The position numbers and the translations under genes are program-made. Positions 19,403 to 29,164 of a stretch of DNA of 32,000 bases are shown one piece after another (positions within the stretch are counted from its first letter, which is position 1; each line of letters opens with the position of its first letter). The stretch covers positions 25,920-57,919 of the forward strand of contig JAAANX010000099.1 in assembly GCA_009909085.1 (NCBI GenBank), in the 5' to 3' direction. The notes beneath the pieces are model-generated. The model ran no database searches. It was not told the origin of the DNA and worked only from the letters and a program-made list of their open reading frames with translations. This DNA is from Cyanobacteria bacterium GSL.Bin1. GTDB lineage: Bacteria > Cyanobacteriota > Cyanobacteriia > Cyanobacteriales > Rubidibacteraceae.

Positions 19403-20334
19403 TTTTTACGATGAGACTTTGATGACAAAAGACGAAAACTTCGCTTTAAAAGCACTTTTCCCTGTGAGCCAATTTCACGGGTGAGGCGACCCAAATCGGG
19501 AGCCACAGTTTCCCGTTCTACAGTCGGCGAAAACCTTAATTCTAACAACTCTCGAAGTCGGCTTCGCGTCAGAGGTCGTTGCAAGGTTCCTTGTTCGGCA
19601 AGGGAAATTGAACCGGTTTCTTCTGAAACCACAATACACAAGCAATCTGAGATTCGTTCGGTAATCCCGATCGCTGCCCGATGGCGGGTTCCCAACTGTC
19701 GAGATAAACTTTTTTCGGTCAACGGTAAAATAACCGCTGCTGCAGCAATGCGCGATCCTCGTAAGAGCACCGCCCCATCATGTAAAGCGGTTGTTGTTTG
19801 AAACAAGGTTTGAATCAACTCACTGGAAATTTCTGCATTTAAGGTTACCCCTGGGCTTCTAAACTGACTCGGATCAATCGGATCGTTCGTTTCTAACAAT
19901 AACAACGCTCCAATCCGTTTTTGCGATAATTCTCGTACCGCATCTAAAATCTGATCCAAGACATTATCAGGTTGGAGCTTATCATTAGTTGACGACGGAA
20001 ACAACTGCCGTAATTGACCGCGCCCGAGTTGTTCGAGAAAGCGACGAAACTCAGATTGCAAAATCACAACAATCCCAACCGCCGAGCCAATCAACATTTT
20101 TTCTAACACAAATTGCAACAACCGCAATTGAAACAATTGGCTGAGATAAATGGCGACTAGCAACACCACAACCAAAATGATAAATCCCTGAATGATCCAA
20201 CGGGTTCGGCTCTGTGGTTCTCCAAGTAAACGGATGACCACATAAACTAAGATAACAACGAAAACAACATCAAAAGCAGAAATTAACCAACTGGGAAGCG
20301 AAGAAAGAAAATCGGATAAGCCTGGGGAGGGCAT
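19399..20334 (-). CDS. cdaA: Membrane-associated diadenylate cyclase (CdaA/DacA type)
   Basis: 311 aa: N-terminal TM helices, DAC domain with [73 protein letters not shown]. It overlaps the uppS start by 4 bp. Confidence 0.95.
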   Translation of the reverse strand: MPSPGLSDFLSSLPSWLISAFDVVFVVILVYVVIRLLGEPQSRTRWIIQGFIILVVVLLVAIYLSQLFQLRLLQFVLEKMLIGSAVGIVVILQSEFRRFLEQLGRGQLRQLFPSSTNDKLQPDNVLDQILDAVRELSQKRIGALLLLETNDPIDPSQFRSPGVTLNAEISSELIQTLFQTTTALHDGAVLLRGSRIAAAAVILPLTEKSLSRQLGTRHRAAIGITERISDCLCIVVSEETGSISLAEQGTLQRPLTRSRLRELLELRFSPTVERETVAPDLGRLTREIGSQGKVLLKRSFRLLSSKSHRKK

Positions 20335-20457
20335 TGTTGTGTAGAACAGACAAAAAACAATGGACAGTTAACAACAACAGACAATGAACAATTGTTAGTT
20401 GTTATTCATAACTGGTTAAAGGTGACAAAAAAAGAAACAACAACTGAATCTGAATGA

Positions 20458-21843
20458 TCAATGATCAATTGTATTGAGTCTTGGCGGTAAATTATCTTGA
20501 CTAATTAAATCTTGATAGGTTTCACGATTAATAATAATATCGGCTTGTCCTTCATGCACTAAAACCATCGCCGGACGCAGTAAGCGATTATAGTTGGATG
20601 CCATGCTATAGCCATAAGCCCCTGTGCTCATCACGACCAGCGTATCCCCTGCGGTTGTTTCTGGCAGTTTTGCTTCTTTAATGACCACATCTCCCGATTC
20701 ACAATGTTTTCCCGCAACAGTGACGGTTTCCGTTGTCGGTTGGGACATTTTATTCGCCAACAGTGATCGATAAACAGATTTATAAGTGATCGGACGTGCA
20801 TTATCGGACATTCCCCCATCGACAGCAATATAAGTTCTGATTTCAGGAACTTGCTTGCGAGAACCCACGGTATAGGCAGTGATGCCAGTTGTGCCCACTA
20901 ATGAGCGACCGGGTTCACAAATTAATTTCGGTAGCGGGACTTCTGCTTCATGACAAGCAGCTTCAACCGCTTTGGCCACGGTTGCTGTCCATTCGCCAAT
21001 ACTCGGAGGATCATCCGCTTCAGTGTAGCGAATTCCTAAGCCACCGCCAACATTTAATTCTCGCGCCGGTAAGCCTAACGCTTGTGCCATTTTCAGCCAC
21101 TTCACCAACACCCCGGCTAAATCCTGATGGGGTTGACGTTCAAAAATTTGCGACCCAATGTGGGCATGAACACCAACGAAATCTAACGCTGATGTTTTCA
21201 CTAAGAAATCAAAAACTTCTGTGACCTGATTGGGATCAAAGCCAAATTTACTATCAAGATGTCCGGTCCGAATATACTCATGTGTATGACATTCAATGCC
21301 TGGTGTAATCCGCAACATGACTCGGGGGGAAGTTTCTGTTGCCAGTTGGGCTAAAGTTTTTAATTCTAACCAGTTATCCGCAACAATCGTGCAATTAGAA
21401 GCAATGGCTTCTTCTAATTCAGCGCGAGATTTGTTATTGCCATGAAAATAAATGTTTTGCGGATCGACCCCGGCTTGCAGTGCGGTATAAAGTTCTCCAC
21501 CAGAAGCAACATCGATGCCTAAGCCTTCACTTGCCACTAAGGTACAAATGGCGAGACAGTTGAGGGCTTTCGATGCATAAATTACTAATGACTCTCCAGA
21601 ATAGTTATTGCTGAAGCCATCTCGATATTGGCGACAAGCCGTGCGAAGACTATATTCATCCATGATGTAGAGGGGAGAACCAAATTGCTTAACCAATTCA
21701 ATAACATCACAACCGCCAATTTCTAAATGATCTTGAGCGTTAATTTTTGCTGTCAGGGGGAGGAGGGATTGATTGGGAGAATCAGCAATTTCTTGCAGAA
21801 AATGGCTTCCTGTCGGTTGTTGCGTCGTTTCTGTTAAAACCAT
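20458..21843 (-). CDS. lysA: Diaminopimelate decarboxylase
   Basis: LVKQFGSPLYIMDEYSLRTACRQY, YASKALNC, GLGIDVASGGELYTALQAG, HAHIGSQIF, NVGGGLGIRY, CEPGRSLVG, STGAYGYSMASNYNR. The ORF track extends to 21960, but MVLTETTQQP at 21843 is a more plausible start. Confidence 0.95.
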   Translation of the reverse strand: MVLTETTQQPTGSHFLQEIADSPNQSLLPLTAKINAQDHLEIGGCDVIELVKQFGSPLYIMDEYSLRTACRQYRDGFSNNYSGESLVIYASKALNCLAICTLVASEGLGIDVASGGELYTALQAGVDPQNIYFHGNNKSRAELEEAIASNCTIVADNWLELKTLAQLATETSPRVMLRITPGIECHTHEYIRTGHLDSKFGFDPNQVTEVFDFLVKTSALDFVGVHAHIGSQIFERQPHQDLAGVLVKWLKMAQALGLPARELNVGGGLGIRYTEADDPPSIGEWTATVAKAVEAACHEAEVPLPKLICEPGRSLVGTTGITAYTVGSRKQVPEIRTYIAVDGGMSDNARPITYKSVYRSLLANKMSQPTTETVTVAGKHCESGDVVIKEAKLPETTAGDTLVVMSTGAYGYSMASNYNRLLRPAMVLVHEGQADIIINRETYQDLISQDNLPPRLNTIDH

Positions 21844-22029
21844 ACTTAAATCTTTTGTCTTGGAAACGTTTGATAAAGCAGTCACCTTCCTATTATCTCG
21901 ATTGATTGGCCAAAGAGCAAAAGAGTCACCGTTTAACAAGATAACTTGCCGGAAGAGCAAATCACCCTGCTAAGCAGTGACCCTTTCTTTTCCCCTGTAG
22001 AGATGAAATTAAATTAGTCTGTTTTGAAT

Positions 22030-22794
22030 TTAGCTAACCTTACGATAAGGAACTTTCCTGTCGTAGTCAATATTCATGGCAGAGACTTTGGGTAAAGGAT
22101 TCCCTTTCGCGCTGTTAAGGTTACGCGCAATATTCAAGTAGGCGCTGGGATCCCCTGCTTTGGGTTGCTTTTCTTGGGGAATAAAGCGACGAACCTGATT
22201 TTGCCAAACAATTTGGGGGAAGCCCAATTGTTGACGGTGGTAAGGACCATAGCGAGGGGTTTTGAGATTGAAGGGCGTTTCCCCTTCATCTTTTTGAGGA
22301 AGCACCCGACGCCGTTGATAAGGAACCGTATCTTCGCCAAAGTTGTTAAGATACTCTTCACTATTCAGTAAGTCTTCAACGAAACCGTTGATCCCTTTCG
22401 TTGCGACCACAATTGACCACGCAATTTTTTCTTGTTCATTGTAGACATCCCGTCCGAGAGCCCGCTGAACACAGAGTTCTACAAAGCGATAGTTGCTATT
22501 GGGTTCGTAGTTCAGACGACGGAAGGAATCAGAGGTGAGTAAGCCAAAGATAAAGTCTTTGACACTAATTTGACCGTAACGGAGTTGGGATTCCAGGAAA
22601 CGTTGACGGTTACTGGCAATCATTTGGTGTTCGCTAAAAATTTGGCGGTAAGCCGCCCAAATAATCGCTTCCGCATCTTCCTCAGAATTCATCATTCCGG
22701 GAGTGGGTTTAATTTGTTCTTCACCAGGGACTTCATATCCTTCTACGCGCTGATTTTGGCTAGAAGGGACATAGTTCAACAAAGGTAAGGACAC
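22030..22794 (-). CDS. cpcG: Phycobilisome rod-core linker polypeptide CpcG
   Basis: 254 aa, [27 protein letters not shown]...[89 protein letters not shown]; PBS linker domain. Confidence 0.96.
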   Translation of the reverse strand: MSLPLLNYVPSSQNQRVEGYEVPGEEQIKPTPGMMNSEEDAEAIIWAAYRQIFSEHQMIASNRQRFLESQLRYGQISVKDFIFGLLTSDSFRRLNYEPNSNYRFVELCVQRALGRDVYNEQEKIAWSIVVATKGINGFVEDLLNSEEYLNNFGEDTVPYQRRRVLPQKDEGETPFNLKTPRYGPYHRQQLGFPQIVWQNQVRRFIPQEKQPKAGDPSAYLNIARNLNSAKGNPLPKVSAMNIDYDRKVPYRKVS

Positions 22795-23130
22795 CGTTGA
22801 ACCTCCTTTACTAAATTTTTCAAAAGTTTATCCTTCATCATACGTGACTGTGGCGGCAAAATCTCAGAAATCTTATAACTTCTTACCAATTTGTTACGAG
22901 GAATTGGGAAATTCTCAACTGAGATGGCTAGAGGTTTCAGGGCTTAATCCGACTCAGTCTCGCCCCAAAAAATACAAAAATCTTAAACAAACTATCGGGG
23001 TAACATCAATAATGCAATTACCTCATGCCCCTTACAAAGAGTACAAATCGCCTTGATCGCCTTCACCATTACCCCCATCGTATATATAATTCAGATAGCC
23101 TTGAGTACTATCTAACCGTAGTTCCCCAAA

Positions 23131-25554
23131 ATGAAATTACCGCAGTTATCCTTCACCACGAGGATCGCCAACTACTTTTTACTATTGGCACTAATAACTG
23201 TAGCTATTGTTGGTGGAGTCGCTTATTTCCGTGCCAGGGAAGCCTTGGAACAGGCAGCATTCGATCGCCTAAACGTAGCTGCCACTTTGAAGGAAAATGA
23301 AATTAGGCGGTGGTTTGAAGATCGGCAAAGGGATTTTTTACAAACTACCCAGATGCCAGACGTGCAGGATAATTTGGCTATCTTACTTAATTCTCAGTCT
23401 GAAGCAGAAAAGCAACAGGCATACAAAGTATTAGAGAGATATTTAGTTCGAGTCAATGAGATTAAGCCCAGTCTCTCGGAAATATTTATCTTAGATCGCA
23501 GTAATAAAATTGTGTTTTCGACGAATAAAGAGCGAGAAGGAGATTATGAAATCTTAGCCAATATTACCTATGTTGAAGAGGTGGAAGAGGGGGCTAGTTT
23601 TGCACCGATATTTTATGTATCTCCCATTACTAGAAAACCCGCAATTACTTTGGCAAAGCCTTTAGAAAATCGTCAAGGAATGATTTTAGTAGATCTGAAT
23701 CTCGAACGTATAGATAGCATTGTCAGAGAGAGAACAGGCTTGGGAGAGAGTAGTGAAAGTTATTTGGTAGGCTCATTAATTAGTAAGAATAGCTTTATTG
23801 CAGGAAAATCTAGATCGGTCAAAGATTTACCAAATGATATTGATAGCCCAGGCATTAATGCAGCTATGAGTGGCTTGAGTGGTTATGGACTTTATCGCAA
23901 CTATGCAAACAATTCAGTATTAGGAGTTTACAGTTGGCTCAACGAACAGGATATTGCTTTGCTAGTCGAAGTCACCCAGGATGAGGCTTTCGCTCCTGCC
24001 CGTGAATTAGCTAGTGCGATCGTTTTAGTAGGCTTGATTTCTGTAGGAGGATTATTAATTGGGGTGAATTGGTTGGCATTACAACTATCTACTTCCCGCC
24101 AACAGTTAGAAAAATCCAGTCAACAGTTACAGCTAAAGGCTCAAGAAGCGGAAGCTGCCAACCTAGCTAAAAGCTCATTCTTAGCTAATATCAGCCACGA
24201 GTTACGCACGCCTTTGAATGCAATCTTGGGTTTCTCCCAGCTAATGTCGCGGGATGACACTATTACAAATAGTCAAAAAGAGTCATTAGATATTATTAAT
24301 CGCAGTGGCGAACATTTGCTGAATCTGATTAACGATGTGCTGGAGATGTCAAAGATTGAAGCAGGGAAGATCGCCCTAAATAATGAAGCTTTCGATCTGC
24401 ATCGATTGTTGCAAACAATTCAAGAAATGTTCCAAATTAAAGCCGAATCTAAAGGGTTGTGGTTTAAATTCGTACTGGCAGATAATTTACCGCAGGATAT
24501 TATCAGCGATCCTCGCAAGCTGCGTCAGTTGTTAATTAATCTGTTAAGTAATGCGGTCAAGTTTACTCAGACTGGAGGTGTAACTCTAAAGTCATTTACT
24601 GGAAAAAGCGATCGCTTGTTGAAAGACAAAGTTAAGCTGTGCTTTGAAGTAGCCGACACGGGACAAGGTATTGCCTTAGAAGAATTAGACAAGTTATTCG
24701 ATCCTTTTGTTCAAACTAAAAGTGGAATTCAATCCGAAGGTGGTACGGGATTGGGATTGGCTATTAGTCGTCAGTTTGCCGAATTGATGGGTGGTTCAAT
24801 TCAAGCCTATAGTGTTTTAGGAGAGGGTTCGACTTTTGCTTTTAATATCCAGGTAGAATTAACAGAGTCTTCTCAGAGCAAAGTTTTACCTGCACCTCAA
24901 GTAATCAGACACCTTGCACCAGGACAACCTAAATATCGTCTTGCCATAGTAGACGATCGCGACACAAATCGTTTGGCTTTACTGAAATTACTACAGTCAG
25001 TTGGTTTTGAACCTCGCACTGCTAATAATGGAGTAGAAGCGATCGCTTTGTGGCATGAGTGGCAACCTGACTTAATTTGGATGGATATGAGAATGCCCGT
25101 CATGAATGGCTATGAAGCAACCCGAACCATTAAAAGTCATCCTCAAGGCAAAAAAACAGTTATTATCGCTTTAACTGCCTCCGCATTTGAAGAACAAAGA
25201 GAACAAGCTGTTCGGGCTAGTTGTGATGATTTTGTGCCTAAGCCTTTTTCCGAACAAACTATTTTTGATAAGTTAAGCCAATATCTAGGGGTAACTTTTA
25301 TCTACGAATCAGAAGTTAAACATCCTGCTAATAAAGCTGCTAAAGCTTCCAATACTCTTACTTTTTGCGATTTAAAATCTTTGCCTCCAGAATTAGTCGC
25401 CGAACTAAATCAAGCTGCGATCGCAGTAGATGGCGAAAAAATACGGCAGTTGATCGCTCGAGTTCCTATGTCTCAACAGCATATTATTCGAGCAATTGAG
25501 GAAATGCTAAATAACTATGATTTTGACGGCATTATCAATTCAACAGAAAAATAG
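23131..25554 (+). CDS. Hybrid sensor histidine kinase/response regulator (TM, extracytoplasmic sensor domain, HisKA, HATPase, REC)
   Basis: 807 aa: N-terminal TM and Cache-like periplasmic region, second TM around AIVLVGLISVGGLLIGVNWL, SFLANISHELRTPLNAILGFSQLM, NAVKFTQTGG, DTGQGI, GGTGLGLAISRQF, REC domain RLAIVDDRDTNR...DLIWMDMRMPVMNG. Confidence 0.95.
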   Translation: MKLPQLSFTTRIANYFLLLALITVAIVGGVAYFRAREALEQAAFDRLNVAATLKENEIRRWFEDRQRDFLQTTQMPDVQDNLAILLNSQSEAEKQQAYKVLERYLVRVNEIKPSLSEIFILDRSNKIVFSTNKEREGDYEILANITYVEEVEEGASFAPIFYVSPITRKPAITLAKPLENRQGMILVDLNLERIDSIVRERTGLGESSESYLVGSLISKNSFIAGKSRSVKDLPNDIDSPGINAAMSGLSGYGLYRNYANNSVLGVYSWLNEQDIALLVEVTQDEAFAPARELASAIVLVGLISVGGLLIGVNWLALQLSTSRQQLEKSSQQLQLKAQEAEAANLAKSSFLANISHELRTPLNAILGFSQLMSRDDTITNSQKESLDIINRSGEHLLNLINDVLEMSKIEAGKIALNNEAFDLHRLLQTIQEMFQIKAESKGLWFKFVLADNLPQDIISDPRKLRQLLINLLSNAVKFTQTGGVTLKSFTGKSDRLLKDKVKLCFEVADTGQGIALEELDKLFDPFVQTKSGIQSEGGTGLGLAISRQFAELMGGSIQAYSVLGEGSTFAFNIQVELTESSQSKVLPAPQVIRHLAPGQPKYRLAIVDDRDTNRLALLKLLQSVGFEPRTANNGVEAIALWHEWQPDLIWMDMRMPVMNGYEATRTIKSHPQGKKTVIIALTASAFEEQREQAVRASCDDFVPKPFSEQTIFDKLSQYLGVTFIYESEVKHPANKAAKASNTLTFCDLKSLPPELVAELNQAAIAVDGEKIRQLIARVPMSQQHIIRAIEEMLNNYDFDGIINSTEK

Positions 25555-26230
25555 AACTTTTAAAGAAAAAACAAACAAAAGCATTAGAAATGACAGGAAA
25601 ACTTTAAATAGAAATTATTGAATCTGTTGAAACATTATCGCTCATTACTTAAACAAGAAAAAAATCCTCAGAAGAAAGACAGAATTCAAGCACTTTATTG
25701 GATAAAAACCAACTTAGCTGAAAGTATATCCCGCTTTTGTCACTTTCCGATTTCTCTGATTAGGAAAAATCAAGTAGAATGAGGATGTTCTGTACAATCT
25801 GGACTTTGACAAATCTTTAATAGACAAGAAGTTCAGTATGGTTGTCACCCCGTGAGCTTTGTGACACGAACCCTATATTTAGGCCGATTAACCGCTTAAG
25901 CTGCTCCTAGACAACCTCGATAGCAGGAAACTTTTTGACTCGTATGTCTCATTATTTGTCAAGTACAATTTATACCAAATTAGATGCGATCACCCTGGAA
26001 GTTATTCAACAATTTTGGTTAATAAAATTTGTCTATTAAGATTTCTTTTCCATAACATAACATGTTGTAAGTTCTAATAGAACCATAATTGAGATCGAGA
26101 TTAATCATCTAATCCGACAGTGCATAAGCTGACACGCATTTAAATTGGGATTTTTGAAGCCCAGACTCCTTACAGCAAGGCTGATCAGCGATCAAAATAA
26201 ATGCATAGGAGCTTATAAATTCGAGAAGTC

Positions 26231-27622
26231 ATGACCAAAAAACTTTTAAGTTATTTTGCTCTAGCGATGACTACCATTATGCTAGTTGTTGCCTGTAACT
26301 CCGATACTCAATTACAAAATGATGAGGTGGTAATGCGATCGCTAGTCGATCCTAATGTGCTTCAAATTTGGTGGGATAAAGGCTATAGTCCAGAAGAAGA
26401 TGAAGCTTTGCAAAAGCTCATCAAAGGGTGGTCACAAAAAACTGGTAACAAGGTACAAGTTAATTTTTATACTTTAGATAAACGTTCGGAAAAACCTCAA
26501 AGATATCTTCAAAGTGGTATTGCTCCCGATATTTTTATGAGTTTTAAAGCCGAAAGCACTCTCAACGCGAGTTTAGCATGGGAAGGAAAATTAACAGATG
26601 TTAGCGATCTAATCGAGCCAGTTAAAGAATTTTATGACCCTGGCGCACTCGAAACAGCTTACTACTACAATAACGTCAGCAAAAAATGGAGTTACTATGC
26701 AGTTCCAGTACACAGAGCTGCACTGCACGTTTATTACTGGAAAGATTTACTAGAAAAAACAGGTCGCACCGCAGCAGATATTCCTCAAGATTGGGATGAT
26801 TTTTGGCAATTTTGGATAGATGTAGGAAAAGACTTAAACACTAAGCATCAACAAAATATTTTTCCCCTCGGTTTGCCTATGTCTGTGGAAGCGGGAGATA
26901 CTTATCAAGCCTTTGAGCATATTTTGGAAGCTTACAACGTTAAGTTGCTCGATGAGAATGGTAATTTATTAGTAAACGATCCTCAAGTACGTCAGGGTAT
27001 TATTCAATGTCTAGATTGGTATACGCAGTTTTATTTACAAGGATATATCCCCAAGGATGCGGTAGATTGGAATAACGCTGCAAACAACCATCAAATACTA
27101 AATCGAGAAATACTGACAACTACTAATGCGTCCCTTTCAATTCCTGCTGCATTGCGTCAAGATATTGATGCTTATCGCGATCGGTTAGGTATTGTCGAAT
27201 TACCAAATAAACCTAACGGCGAACCGATGAATCATATATTTCTGGTAGAGCAAGCAGTAATTTTTGATGATGCAGCACATCCAAAATTAGCCAAAGAATT
27301 TCTGGCTTATTTGATACAACCAGAAGTAATGAATACTTTTCTCAAAGAGTCAGGTAGGCACTCTCCAGCACATTCATCAATTATTCAAGATCCTTATTGG
27401 ACTAATCCTGAAGATCCTCATACTTCGACAGTAACTAAAACTTTAACTAAAAGTAAGATTAAATCGATTTACCCTACTAACAGTCCTGCTTATAGTGTTG
27501 TTCTCAAAGAAAATATTTGGGGTCAAAGTCTAGAAAAAATTGTACTTGAAGGTATGACACCAACCCAAGCTGCTGATCGAGCGACCGCTCGAATTGCAGA
27601 AATTTTTGAGGAATGGAAATAG
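26231..27622 (+). CDS. Extracellular solute-binding lipoprotein (ABC sugar-binding-like, SBP family 1), copy A
   Basis: 463 aa: signal peptide with lipobox LVVAC (MTKKLLSYFALAMTTIMLVVACNSD), VLQIWWDKGYSPEEDEALQKLIKGWSQKTGNKVQVNFYT, APDIFMSF, YAVPVHRAALHVYYWKDLLEKTG...PQDWDDFWQFW. Confidence 0.88.
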   Translation: MTKKLLSYFALAMTTIMLVVACNSDTQLQNDEVVMRSLVDPNVLQIWWDKGYSPEEDEALQKLIKGWSQKTGNKVQVNFYTLDKRSEKPQRYLQSGIAPDIFMSFKAESTLNASLAWEGKLTDVSDLIEPVKEFYDPGALETAYYYNNVSKKWSYYAVPVHRAALHVYYWKDLLEKTGRTAADIPQDWDDFWQFWIDVGKDLNTKHQQNIFPLGLPMSVEAGDTYQAFEHILEAYNVKLLDENGNLLVNDPQVRQGIIQCLDWYTQFYLQGYIPKDAVDWNNAANNHQILNREILTTTNASLSIPAALRQDIDAYRDRLGIVELPNKPNGEPMNHIFLVEQAVIFDDAAHPKLAKEFLAYLIQPEVMNTFLKESGRHSPAHSSIIQDPYWTNPEDPHTSTVTKTLTKSKIKSIYPTNSPAYSVVLKENIWGQSLEKIVLEGMTPTQAADRATARIAEIFEEWK

Positions 27623-27634
27623 ATAAAGATAACT

Positions 27635-29026
27635 ATGACCAAAAAACTTTTAAGTTCTTTTGCTCTAGCAATGACTACCATTATGCTAGTCGTTGCCTGT
27701 AACTCCGATACTCAATTGCAGAATCATGAGGTGAAGACGCGATCGCTAGTCGATCCTAATGTGCTTCAAATCTGGTGGGATAAGGGTTATATTATTGAAG
27801 AAGACGAAGCATTTAGGAAAATTGTTAGCAGTTGGCAGCAAAAAAGCGGTCAAAAAGCGGAAATCAAATTTTATACTCCTGACAAAATAACGCAAAAAAC
27901 TCGGAGGGCTATTCAGGCTGGTAACTCTCCTGACATTTTATTTTCTAGTCGTGCTGAATATCCACTACTTGCTTGGCAAGGTAAACTTGCAGACGTTTCT
28001 GAAGTAGTTGAACCTGTAGAACAACTTTATACAGATACTTCGAGAAAAGCAGCTTATCTTTACAACAACGTTGTCAAAAGACAAAGCTATTATAGTGTTC
28101 CTCTTCATCAAGGTACTATTCATATTTTTTATTGGAAAGACTTGTTAGATCGAGTCGGCAAAAAGCCTAGCGATATTCCTCAAGACTGGGATGAATTTTG
28201 GGAATTCTGGAAGACAATACAGCAAGAACTTCAAAAACAAAAGCAAGATATTTATGCCTTTGGCATCCCTTATTCTCAAAAAGCTTCAGATACATATTAT
28301 TTATTTGAACAGATTTTGGAAGCCTATAATGTAGCAATATTTGACGATCGCGGAAATTTACAAGTTGATGATGAGAATGTACGTCAAAGTATTGTCGATT
28401 GTTTGAAATGGTATACCAATTTCTACCAACAAGGTTATGTGCCATCTAGCGCATTAAATTGGTTAGACCCTGACAATAACCGTGAATTTCTTAACCGCAA
28501 TGTCATAATGACACCCAATCCAACTCTTTCGATTGCTATTGCCTTAAACGAAAATCGAGAAGACTTTGCCAATAGTTTAGGTACTATGGAGTTTCCCTAT
28601 AAGCCTGATGGAAATTCTATTCGACATCTAGTTTCTGTCAGACAAGCAGTAATTTTAACGGAAGCAAAAAATAAGAAATTAGCTAAAGATTTTCTATCTT
28701 TCCTGATTCAACCAGAAGTTATTGGTAATTATCTAAAAAGTGCTGGAGGAAGATACTTACCAGCAATAACAGCAGCAAAACAAGACTCTTTCTGGACAGA
28801 CCCTCAAAATATTCATGTTTCGACTGCAACGAAGACATTGACTAACGGTCAAACAAGACTGTTTTATTCTACTCAACATCCTGCTTATAGTATGGTCTTA
28901 GAACAAAATATTTGGGGAGAGGCTTTTAATAGTATTATTGTGGATAAAATTTCTCCCGAACAAGCTGCCGATAAAGCGATCGCTCGAATTACAGAAATTT
29001 TTGAGGAATGGGATAGAGATAGTTGA
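27635..29026 (+). CDS. Extracellular solute-binding lipoprotein, tandem paralogue, copy B
   Basis: 463 aa, same length and architecture as copy A and 12 bp downstream of it; MTKKLLSSFALAMTTIMLVVACNSD, SPDILFSS, YSVPLHQGTIHIFYWKDLLDRVGKKPSDIPQDWDEFWEFW. Confidence 0.88.
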   Translation: MTKKLLSSFALAMTTIMLVVACNSDTQLQNHEVKTRSLVDPNVLQIWWDKGYIIEEDEAFRKIVSSWQQKSGQKAEIKFYTPDKITQKTRRAIQAGNSPDILFSSRAEYPLLAWQGKLADVSEVVEPVEQLYTDTSRKAAYLYNNVVKRQSYYSVPLHQGTIHIFYWKDLLDRVGKKPSDIPQDWDEFWEFWKTIQQELQKQKQDIYAFGIPYSQKASDTYYLFEQILEAYNVAIFDDRGNLQVDDENVRQSIVDCLKWYTNFYQQGYVPSSALNWLDPDNNREFLNRNVIMTPNPTLSIAIALNENREDFANSLGTMEFPYKPDGNSIRHLVSVRQAVILTEAKNKKLAKDFLSFLIQPEVIGNYLKSAGGRYLPAITAAKQDSFWTDPQNIHVSTATKTLTNGQTRLFYSTQHPAYSMVLEQNIWGEAFNSIIVDKISPEQAADKAIARITEIFEEWDRDS

Positions 29027-29164
29027 TTTTCTTGGTTCATAATCCTTACCCAACTAGCAATGCCAAAAAAAAGAGGAAAAGATAGAAGATTAAAATTATC
29101 ACATTGTCAATCTTGAAATCTTTCCTCTTCAATAATGTATTTGGGTAGTGATTGCTATAAGCTC

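Noticed and set aside
22844-23300. Small ORFs (70 and 91 aa) upstream of and overlapping the hybrid kinase start
   Set aside because: No domain recognisable. One overlaps the kinase N-terminus in another frame, so both are more likely leader or intergenic sequence.
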